Assembly: GCA_003344405.1 (NCBI GenBank)
Contig: NOWV01000025.1
Coordinates: 496,001-560,000 of the forward strand
Length of the DNA: 64,000 nucleotides
Direction of reading: 5' to 3'
Source: Trichoplax sp. H2
Taxonomy: Eukaryota
Of this stretch, positions 22,652 through 43,131 are shown piece after piece. Made by a program: the position numbers and the translations under genes. Below the pieces are notes generated by a model. It saw nothing but the letters and a program-made list of their open reading frames with translations. It had not been told where the DNA came from and did not search any database. Every line of letters starts with the position of its first letter. Position 1 is the first letter of the stretch.

Positions 22652-25600
22652 TTTTTGTATAAATAGCTACGGTACCTTCAAGTATATTTTAAGTTACTGT
22701 AAATATGTTTAAGAACGTTCAACTGTTTAATCCATTACATAGAGATTTCTATTTTTATTACACGATATCATACTGGCTGCATTTTTGCAATCCTCAAAAC
22801 ATTTAAGTATTATGAATATTCTATTTCATGTAGCTTCAAACGATACTTTATTGTGAGGAAAAATATCTATTGCAAGATGATAACTGAGATCGGATACATT
22901 GAATGTTAACGTGATCTATTATAATTAACGAAAGCCTTGTTTTTGTTCTAATTCACTAATATTGATCATATTAAGGGATAAGCATTTACTTGTAAATTAA
23001 GGATATTGACTCCAGATTTATACTGTTCGTGTAAGAAAAACATGACTAGAAATTGCAGTGGATTGTAAACGATCTATTTTTTAAAATATATACTTGTCCA
23101 ATTTGTATTTATTAATTACATGGAATTATTCTTAAGTATCTTCATCTTATATTATATTGATTGTAATTCATTGCGGATCAATAGTAATTAAAAATATTTT
23201 CGTTCCTCTCGTACACCGCACAAATGCTGACTGATTTTCGTTAAAGATAATCGTTTCTTTATATATGTAATTATTCTCCTATCAGAAATGAAAAATATAC
23301 CGATAAGTTACTGTAAGCCTCTTCAGCTTTTATTAAAATTCGATTAGCTAGTATAAACATTGTAGAATTAAACTGTTGTATAATAGAGCACAGAACATTC
23401 GCTCTACGTTGAAAAAATAGTGTTAACTATGTAATAGGCAATGGAGGCAGAGTCTACAATGTCTGCCATTGTTATTACTACACCATTTGCAATGATTCAC
23501 AAGTTCAATTGTATTCAAATACAAGAATATAAGTATTTTTATCCATTACCGGTATTCATTCGAAACTATTCATTTCCTATGCTACCTTTTACCCGATAGT
23601 ACTTGCATACGAGTCCACGCGATGTCTTTTTGTAACCCCTCTCACGTGTCACTATTATTAAATTTTTAATATATTATGTCAATACCAATAACAGATAGTA
23701 ACGAAGCGACAATGAAATTTAGTAAATAAAAGTAGTTCCGTATAAGGACATTGGGTACAAATATCGTTAATAGAAAAGATGTAGTTTCTAATATTATGGC
23801 CACGAGCGAAATTATTATGTACATTATGGTAGAAATACCATCAATTCCGTTTGCTAATATTCTCAGTTTATATAAAATCTAAATTTAAAGGCTCCAACAA
23901 TAATGATATTATTACTAAAATTTGGATTAATATTTTTATTAAAGCGTAACTACGGTAAGAGGCTACCGGAAAGTAAACATACAAGGCTACATTATGTTAT
24001 TTGATCAGTTGAAGTATGGCTATCCCTCTGAAAATGTTGCTTCATAACACAGTTACCATGTGTAATAAAAGAATTAGTTAAAAGGATGCCAAAAAAGAAA
24101 CTGTGTCATTCTCCAATATAATTATTATAATTAAATATTTAGTAGCGATTCGCAGAAGTTCCGGTTAAGCTATTTAAGTTTGTTTACGAAAAAAAGGCCA
24201 AAATTTTAATGGGTTTTCTAGTAATTGTTGCCATTGCAATATTGTGCAGGCAATTCAAGGTTACATCTGATCTCATACCAATGTCTCTTGTCATGTAATT
24301 TCAATCTTAGACGTTATTTCTTTAGGTTATAAGCAGTATTATTTAATAATAATAGATAAAATCAATTGTAGTCTCAATTGTTGTTATATCGTGCAAAATA
24401 TGCCTGAATCGTAATTCGGAGAAATATAAGACGCCTACGCGAAAGTTACATCCGTTTTCGTGCCGATGTTTAGAGATATTCACACGGCTATTTTGTCAGT
24501 AAATGTAGATATACGGTAATCGGCATGCCCGTAATATTTGCTAGACGATCTATAACGTATACGCATATGTGTATACCATGCACCAGCAACCTAACAATTA
24601 TATCAGTACACGTAAAATATAGGCTAAAAATATACGCAATCAGCACAAAGTTACATTTAATATTGTAATAAAAGCTATCACGTTTACCGTAAAAGCCAAT
24701 GTACTTTACAGTAAGTTATGAATTTAATTCTGCATGAAAATTGAATTATCATTTAAGACGTGTTAATAGAGTAAAACTATAGAGGAGGCTTGATACAGAA
24801 TTATAAACATACAGTAGTAACCCCTTCAACACACAAACTTAAATTGTAAATAAACAATAACTAACATTTCATAGACGATCGTCTCGGTTATATCTCATAT
24901 CTCATGTATATTACCTAATATTTCCTTGAAAATAAATATAAATCCCGTCATTACTCTCTTTACGCGTACATCGTACTTGTGAAGTACACTATTTCAGTTC
25001 AATCAAGAATAATGCTTTAAATGTTGAATTGAATCATGTCATAAAATTAAACAATATTTTCCAAATATTAATAGCAGCAAATTTCTCTAATATAAGTATT
25101 TTGTATTACACCTTAAGACGTTATTTATTCCGATTCACATTTCATCCCAGTAAATTATTCACTGTATTTATTTCAAGGTAACAAGAGTGTATAATATTTT
25201 TATTGATATTATCAACAGATTGATATCCCTTATTGTAAGAATGTACACTTGGTCAAATTGAAAGAAATTCCGTACTTTCTACCGATGACAAGTTATAGTG
25301 AAATTATAAATTACTGTTTTCGATCAGCCAATTTTCTAGCATGAACAAACTGTAACATTTTTCAACAGCATTATTCCAATTTCTAATATTCACATCGATT
25401 AATACGTTTTCATGGATCAATATCATCAATTAAAATAAAAGTTGAAAATTTTAAATTATAAGCGTATTACTAGTGAAGACAATACAACACAGTAATACAA
25501 TGTTGCTAAACATTAATACAACTAAGAATATAACTTTGACAATTCTGTACAAGAAATTTTCCTTCTAACATAATATAATATTCTTATAATCTTTGGTGGC

Positions 25601-26817
25601 TCATAAGCATGTAATGCTATCAGCCAACATTTAGTACACTGCATTTATTACCCTACAACAAACACTTACAACAGTAATCACCATCATAAGAATGCTTCGT
25701 AATACTTTGAGCATTAAATCAGGATAACAGATCAAATAATTGTTATCAAATAGCGGCCAAAAGGAATAAAAGAAAAATGAATCGAATGTACTTTTATAAT
25801 GACCACTTAAAATTATAGCAGGTATACTGTATACATACCATTGCGTATCATCGCATTGGTAGCTATCCAACAGGCAATCATTATCTGTGGCGAGTAATAT
25901 ATCTACAATGTTAAATAATCTTAATAATCTTCAGATCAGAATTATAACAGCGGTTTATATCCATGTAAGTTCCAAAAATATTATGATATATAGATGTGTA
26001 CAACAGGATTAAATTATAATCTTCGCTTAAGTCTATAATGGCCAAATTAACTTAATAATTTTCAATTCATTCCTAGCATAATATCTAACAGTGCATGCTC
26101 GAATTCAATAAAGGTAAAATTAGGGGAACATGGCAGGTTTTAAAAGACTTTTTTAAAATAACTTATTGTTAGTATATAACGATACTCGCAGTCAAGCTCA
26201 TCGATTCTCTGAGCTATATATTGACAGCAACAAAGAAGTTATCTAATCCTTGAACGTGAAAAATTCGACGTACCTCCTATTCAATAGCGGCTACATTACG
26301 AATAGATGCTCTACACGTTCTACAATTAGTAAATTTATGCTGTACAAATGCGGATATCGCAAGGATGTTCATTGATTATAATCATTCTCAGAAATTATGC
26401 ACGCGAGTTCAATTATACGAACAACCGGATAAACAAGGTTATAGATTTGGTAACCAACAGAGTAATGATACTGGTTTTGTCATATTATTAACACAATATA
26501 TAAGCGACTTGATACTGTAAAATACAACATACCGCAACAAATACTTCCGCGGCATGTTAAATTTTTTTACAATCTACTTTTAAATTGTACTGTATATTAT
26601 TTACAACAACAATTATCAAGAGCTGTGAAATTGGATATGCTAATAACCTTGACTTGCAAATTATTCCTCTTTTCTTCATAAATATGAACAAAAAATTATG
26701 CTATAGGCGTATAAGTATTACTTAAATACTATAAGATTTAAGACTCACAATTTGGACATAAACACGTACATCAGATTAGCAAAATAAACATATATGATGT
26801 AGAATCCACAAGAAATT

Positions 26818-35678
<8,861 letters not shown>

Positions 35679-35869
35679 CTCCCTTAAAAATGGACTAAAC
35701 GAGGCGACAAAAAAAAGCTGGAAAACAGAAGAAAAAAAAATGAAATGGATCTGTCATCAACTCTCTATTTACTGTAATTTAGCGAACACATACAGGCGAA
35801 AAAACAATGTGTTTATACTGCACTGTCAGGCATCAGCGAGCACCGTATCAGGCATACGGTGCTCGTACA

Positions 35870-36430
35870 GATTACAGTACAGTACACTGAGTCATAGAAA
35901 TTGGAAATCTGACTCTCCCTGCAGTACTGTACACGGGAGACTCTACAGTATTACTACAGTACAGTACAGTACACGTACAGTACTGTACTGTACTGTATTT
36001 CGTTTTCGTTTTACTGCACCATGGCAGTGCGCATGACTACGGCCAATTGCTGGCGTCATTCAGTCATCAAGATGATCGGCTACTCTTGCCGCTGTCGGGC
36101 TGTCAAAACAGTAAGGTAGTTTAGCGTGCATTCTATTCTTACTACAGCAATGGATTAGTTAATAGGTATCACTGAAATCTACTGCAAATGCAAAAGGTGA
36201 ACTTAATCAAGCAACTACTGTACTGTACTATTGGACTGGAGATGTGCGTGACAGACTGACAGTGCGGCGTGAGAAAGTGCCAAATGGCAGTTTAGTCACT
36301 TTCCTTTCTTGGTACACTACCTCCTTTAGGGGGTACCTCTGAGCGTTTAATCCAGTAAATAACTAAATTATTTACAGTGTCATTCACTACGTACTCTCTT
36401 CTACTGTGCAGTGTACAGTACAACAATAAT
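35870..36430. promoter_or_regulatory. SIK proximal promoter with TACTG/TACAG cluster
   Basis: Dense pentamers at 35873-35997, about 200-320 bp upstream of the ATG on the minus strand. More at 36215-36230 and 36400-36422. TGAGTCA at 35888 and TGGCGTCA at 36051. Confidence 0.65.
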
Positions 36431-37059
36431 ACGGCGTACTGAAATGACCACCAACTAACGGCGAAAAGAAATCAACTGTTCTGTCGTATCAAGTCCTAAT
36501 TTATTGAATGCAGTGGATAGTTTCCAATGATTCTTAGAATATGATTCGACTGCAGTCGTTTCGTTTTAAGGATTTTATCCCACACACTGAGTCATTCTAC
36601 AATTGATAATCTACCAAACTTTTATTGAAGCATTTCAGACAGTCGATTCGCTCGCTAGGCATGTACATTTTCACATTCGCGTGCACGGTGCACCCCAGCT
36701 GCCATTGATACACTTCAATCAAATAGTAGTAACTTACCGCTAGTAACAATTCTGATGCTTGGTGAAAAATAACGACGGTGGCAATAGGTAAATTATATAT
36801 CATGATTACATTATTGTACAATTACCACGGCACTAGGTCAAATCAGGGATTACTAGAAAGAGAGAGGTAGGAAAAATGACCGTTCAGTACAAAAGAATGT
36901 GGCGGCCAATAAATTTTGAACCGTAACTCTATAGTGTATCCTTTCAGATATACATTTCAGTTGAAATGACCAGAAAATAGTCGGTCTCACATTCTTGATT
37001 CTACTTTTACTTTTACCGAACGGCCGTTTCCTGGTCCCTTTTTTACTTTTTGGAGCAGT

Positions 37060-37980
37060 GTACATTACAGTACAATCGCTGAGTGCAGGAAAGTTCAACC
37101 ATCTTTATCAATGTACTGTACAGTACATACACTGTGCAGTGTACAGTACTGTACACTCAAGTATACAGTACAGTACAGTACTGTACAGTACTGTACCATA
37201 ACCCTAACCTACAGTATGTACTGTACAGTACTGTACACTGTGCAGTACAATGTCTGTACTGTATTGCATTCAATGTTGTGTACCACTTACACTGTCTGGC
37301 AAAGATGTTCATTCGCATTTTTGGGGTATCTCAAGTAGTGAGATACAAAAACGTCAAAATCTGGCGAATTCAGATTGATTTAAATCATCGATCGCTCATA
37401 CAGTAATTTACTGTACGACGTACAATGTGTACGTCCAGTAGTTGTATTATTCTTATACTATTCTTCAATACTCCATACAGAAATCATTGACTTAATCGTT
37501 GCAGTAAACTAAAGAATGAATCATCTGAGTAGCGTTAGTGTTTTGACGTCATACCGGCAAACAATATCCACTTGAATGTCCGGTAGACAGAATGGAGATA
37601 CCATCCCTAGTATGGAGTGGCATAGTTACTGCACTTACTCCTTACTCACTACAGTACTGTACCGTCAATGAATTTGTTCGAATTTCCATTTTGTTATTCT
37701 ATGCAGTGTTTTTCTTTCCTCTATTTACTTTCCATTATTATAATGTCTCTATTTTTTTACTTTTATTTTTTCCAGTATTATTGACATAGACGTTTTGTGT
37801 CGATTCGCCCTGGTCGTCGGGTGGGCGGGCTTTAGATCTGTTTGGTAGAGGCATAGTTCAAAGAAAAGCTTTTTCTCACTGCAATGAGTAATGTGTACAG
37901 TACAGTACAGTACTCTACTCTACGGTATGGTATGGTATGGTACGGTACGGACGGTAACGTAGAGGTACCGTACAGTATTT
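37060..37980. promoter_or_regulatory. Distal TACTG/TACAG cluster with full CRE and GC box
   Basis: Pentamer arrays at 37110-37265 and 37895-37978, TGACGTCA at 37544-37551, GGGTGGGCGGGC at about 37819-37830. Confidence 0.55.
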
Positions 37981-38476
37981 TCTCATGATTATTTTATTTT
38001 ATTTTTTTTTATTTATTTTTTTGGACTTTCATGGACGTACTATCGAATACAGTAAACGAATCTTCTTCATTAGAAGAAAAACTATTTTTCATGTTGTAAA
38101 TTTAAGGTGGATTCAACCATCTCCACTAACTAAGTTTGTTTTTAATTTTACTTACTACCAAGTGTACAGTACAATATTTAGTGGACAGCGCGACAGCCGA
38201 GCTTCCTGCGCTAGAGTTGTCTTTATGGCATTTATACGCAAACTTAATCACAGCTCATTATAATTACGAAAATAGTGAAGTGAAAAAAATAAAACAGATT
38301 TGCATCATACAAATACTGGTCATATCTCAAAGGTAAATTCATAAATCTACTGTACTGTATATATATACATACACACTACATAAGAATGGAGTATATACCA
38401 TTGCGTATACAGTATACAAGAGTAGACTACTTGCTGTATAATTACGTTTCTTACAGCAATCGACAGTCCTGTCGGA

Positions 38477-41400
38477 TTATGCAGTGTGAATAGTACTATT
38501 GTAGGATGAAAGAATTGATTCATAAACAAGTCTATCTCGACTCCAGTTTTCTTGTAAAATTGAACTTTTGCTACTACTCTCATAACACACACGAGTAGTG
38601 AAAATATTACCTGTAAAATAGAGAATACACAATCATATGGAATGAAGAAAATCTTGCGGGTGTGTGCAATATAATTCATAATTATAATGAGCTTTATCAG
38701 TATTTATCTACAAACAACAATTACCGCATATTCGGAATTTCACAAGTTCTTGCCTCTGACACTATCTTGGTAATTTATTTCATTAAGTTATTTCGCATTA
38801 CATGATCAATAGTAAAATGCTGTACTTTGTTCACGATTAAGGTATTGCAGCATGTCTATTAATAAGTATTAAGCATTGTTCAAGCGTATCGGATTTTGAT
38901 TCAGTATTATTAAATAACAGGAAGAGAGAAACACCAAGGAGAGGCATTGAAGCAGTAGCAATGTACTGCAGTTAGCCCAACATAATTTTAATAGTTTGCT
39001 TACAAGGTTCGTGAGCAATAACAAATACCAACTCTAGAAGACAGTATTAGCCAGTTCTAGACATAGTATAAGGCAATTTATTTGAACAACTATGGGGATT
39101 TGGCGATAATGTCAATGAACATAAATACTTTCTCTAATATGTAGATAGGCAGTACAGTACACTGTGCAGTAAGAGGAGGACGATGTACGAGCAATAATTA
39201 CGAGATAATATAAAGGAATGGTTAAAGTTACACGCAGTATAGACAACACGGTCATGCTAAATTGGCGTAGCTGCAATTTATTTATAATTTTAATTTCAAA
39301 TTATAATTTGTTGTGCACGCACAGTAGTAGCAAATAAGAGAAAGTCTGTGCAGCACCTACAAGTGACAAGAACACCCTATTTTCAGTTCCTCTTGTGTAG
39401 TGTAACACATTGGCTTTTAAGTCAAAGATTGTATGGCATCACAGTATACATCAGAAATCAATCACTTTAATAAAGTTCTGATTTTATTTTATAGTTAAAA
39501 TTTTCATTTATATTGTATAATATTGCAGTGTATGTACAGTATAATAGGCTATTTCAACATGTTTAGATGAAAGATGCAAACAATCAAGTTGCTTTGCGAT
39601 CAAATCTCAACATTCATCGAAATAATTAACAATTTCTTACAAAGAAGGATATCATCCGTACCATCGGCGGCACAACAATTGCTTGCGATAGAACGTTTCC
39701 TTCTTGTCCAGATTTATAGGAAATTTATTAATATATACAAAACACCTATCGTACGAGTTTTTCTATTTTTCGAACCCACTCTGAAGTATCAATTATATCA
39801 TTGATGGAATACAGCTCGACTACATCAAATGCCTAATAAAGACCTAGACCAGTCTATGCAATACTCCTTTAGGAACTTAAATAGCACTATCTTGAATCCA
39901 AGTATCTGAGCATATTGTTTTACAGTAATTGGCTACTGAAATAATTTGCTAACTTCATAAATGTTAAATCGAAAAAATACTGCTTAGTAATTCATTATGG
40001 CATCCATAAAATAGCTCCAGTGCCTGTTTCATTTTATGCAAACGAAATAGGCATTGAATATAACGGAGCCAATTCTTGCAGTAAATTTTTCGTGATCGTT
40101 TCTACGTATAAATTCGCTGCTTGTCTGTTTGACAGTTTCGATATACGCGTAAGCGTAAATCTAGGATTATTCACTTTTACGAGAGAGTGACGTTATAAAT
40201 ATTATATTAATACAAAATAATTTTAGTAATAAGATTATAATATAGGTCTCGATCGGTATCGGGATGGCGTTAATGTTGCAATGGACTCGGAAGATATTTG
40301 CACTATTGCAGTCTTACTGTACTTGGATATTATGCCAATATAACGAATCTAAGGATTTTATTGAATAACTTGCTATGTGTTGAGTAACAAAGTAATGAAT
40401 CCCAAACTCAGTTAGTCTTCGAGAGAAAAAGAGGTTAATGATTGATTGTCGTTTTATTCTGACATCACAAACTTCATTACAAACTAGATTACCCAGGTCT
40501 TTTCAGAGCTGGCTCCATATACCTACCTTATACCTAATACCTAATCACTATCTTATATATAACATAACTATAAGTGGATTTTTTGCCAAGTTCTACTATA
40601 AAATATCTCTTCCGATCAAGTCTTTCATTGAAGCTGATTAAAATTACTAAATCTTGTTTGGAACAAAGTACGTATGTCAAATGGAAAGATACAATACGAA
40701 ACTTGCCAATTTTTCGCTTTATAGTCGTAGTAATAACTAACATGCGTCTCAGTCTTGTTCAACTTTTCATTAGCTACCTATATCCAATACTGATAACTTC
40801 TATTTGGATTAAACCTGCAATTTATAAGTACTTTATGAAGTAAATATGAAAATTATAACAAACTGTGTTATTGAATCGTAAAATTAAGATGATAATTGAT
40901 GCTACAGTATCAAGGCATTTCCTAACGTAATTTGTACATTGATCGATTAGATTAACCCGTAGAAGATGAATAATGGATGGGTACCTTATTGAAAGCGTTA
41001 CTAATATTAGGATAATTATCTCGTGCCTTTCGTTCTTCTAAATTTCTGTATACGTCATAAAATTTTTCAATATTGATTTTATTAATCACAGCGATATTTA
41101 TAGTCTTACAGCAATTAATTCTACGAATACGAGGCATAATTTATCAATATAAAAAGTTATTTATTAAGCTAGTAATATAAGCGCCGCCGACGCTTTTAGA
41201 CTAATAACTGAATGATTCAGTTTGGAGTATAAAGGGAATTTTATGTATTGATAAAGCTATTGGACATTTGAAGAGACGGTCAATCATTTTATTGTTACCG
41301 AAATAGTATGCTGCATTTCTATGCGCGAACTAATTATAATTGTAATCATTGAATACGCATTGAGTTATCTTATGACCGGATTAATTTTAAAAGAATAGCA

Positions 41401-42640
41401 TATCCTAACGGGTGTTTAATTATATATCATGAGTAAAAACATGCTTATTATAATTCGAGAATAAAAGTACTGTGTTAACAACCAACTATGACATAAATTC
41501 TACCTTACACCGGATGTATCTAGGCAGAGTATTTACACAGTAAATTATAATGTTAATGCATACATAAGTAGTAGTATTGTAATAACCATAAAAATAAACT
41601 ATTTAAAGTCAGTAGAATATAAATTGCAGCTTCAATTACTGTTATAATGTGTTTTTACCTTTCGTAGTAAAAATGCAAATAAGTACGTCTTTCCTTATAT
41701 AGGATAAATTCACGATATTAATTAATCATCAGCACGACCATAGACAATACTTTCTAGTCACGATGCATAGCGACTAATCATTGTAAACTAAGGAATACAG
41801 CACTGTAAGAGCAGTAGGTTACAGCCATTTAGCCGCAATGTAAAAATTCGTTAAAATCTATAATCTTTAATTAATTATCCTAGCTGCTGTAGTTTGCGTA
41901 GGAAGCAGAATTTAATATACAATCTTTCTATTGATTAAATTAGCATATCTCATACTATGACGCACACAGAGTAGTTTACTGTAAATAAATTAGTTTTGCG
42001 AGTGAAATTCAAGATATTCTATCATTTACATACGTATACCAGAAATAATTTTTTATTTTCGCTATGTCTATGTACAGTAAAAACAATCAATTGAATATGA
42101 TACTTATAATCTACTTAGGCGGAAGTAATGATATTCTAAAATATGCAAGTGATAAATTAAATATCGTTGCGGTTATGACGTTCATCCGTATGTGATCGAT
42201 TTTAGGATTTACTATTAGTAGAGTAGTAAGAAGAGAATTATTTCAAATCATTTCTAAATTGCCGAGCGGGTGCCTGCTACTTCATTTAAAATTTACCATG
42301 TTATAAAAATTTGTAGGTAAACCCTTCTTGTTTATGATTTTGTACACTCCAGATCCTGTTTCTAGATTCAAGCCATTGATCAACCCAGTATTACATCGTG
42401 TACAAGCAGTATAAATATACCAGGAAAATTGGGGGTAGATCTTACTTATTATATCAACATATGCTGTCCGGAACATGAAGATCTGTACTAAATTGCATGA
42501 ATCATAGCATGAATAAAATAAACTCATCAATAATTAATGAATGAATTATGTAGTATATTGTACACTTGTACTATAGTCTTGCGCCATCTTCGAACCGTGA
42601 ACGCTCTTTCACAGCTTTTAGCTACTCGTTTCCTGGACAT
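38477..42640 (-). CDS. Hypothetical multi-exon gene of unknown function, divergent from ZPR1
   Basis: Candidate start is ATG 42587 (aagATGGCG) or 42640. Splice-bounded open segments: 42487/42482-42297 (QIFMFRTAYVDIISKIYPQFSWYIYTACTRCNTG...FYNM|GTAAAT); about 41848-41823; about 41693-41659; one ending ...NISNAFNK|GTACCC near 40985; VANEKLNKTETHVSYYYDYKAKNWQ (about 40777-40703); and a terminal-like exon 38610-38477. I could not chain the full structure. Confidence 0.35.
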
Positions 42641-42669
42641 TTTGCAAGGCACTTCTTGAGAGAAGAGAC

Positions 42670-43030
42670 TACAATACTGTACACTGTACTGTACCATACA
42701 GTACAGTCTACAGTCATGAACTTCTAGTGTACTGTATACTAGAGCACAGTAGGCCTCCTTTCAGACATCAAAAATTTGTCTGTTAACAGTATGTATTGTA
42801 GTGTATTATACTGTACACTGTACACTGTACTGTATAGAGTCTACAGTATGGTCTGATCTACAGTACATTACAGTACCGTACAGTACTGTACAGTAGTCTG
42901 ATCTGGTTCCCACCCAGTTCGCACTGTACAGTACAGTGCACAGTAGTGTGTGTACTGTACGAGGCGGCTGGGCATCTTGTTTGGTATCGTGAAGTAGTGT
43001 ACAGTTACTCTGCTCTGCTGTACAGCAAAA
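42670..43030. promoter_or_regulatory. TACTG/TACAG cluster upstream of ZPR1 (possibly a bidirectional promoter)
   Basis: Dense pentamers and palindromes at 42675-42960, 100-450 bp upstream of the ZPR1 ATG. Confidence 0.65.
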
Positions 43031-43131
43031 GGCTCCACCACCACCCAAGAGGCAAATGTTCGAAGAAGGATCTTCTAAAGTCATCAATTTATTAAAGCAC
43101 AGTGATAAAAGCTTAATACAACATCATTGAT

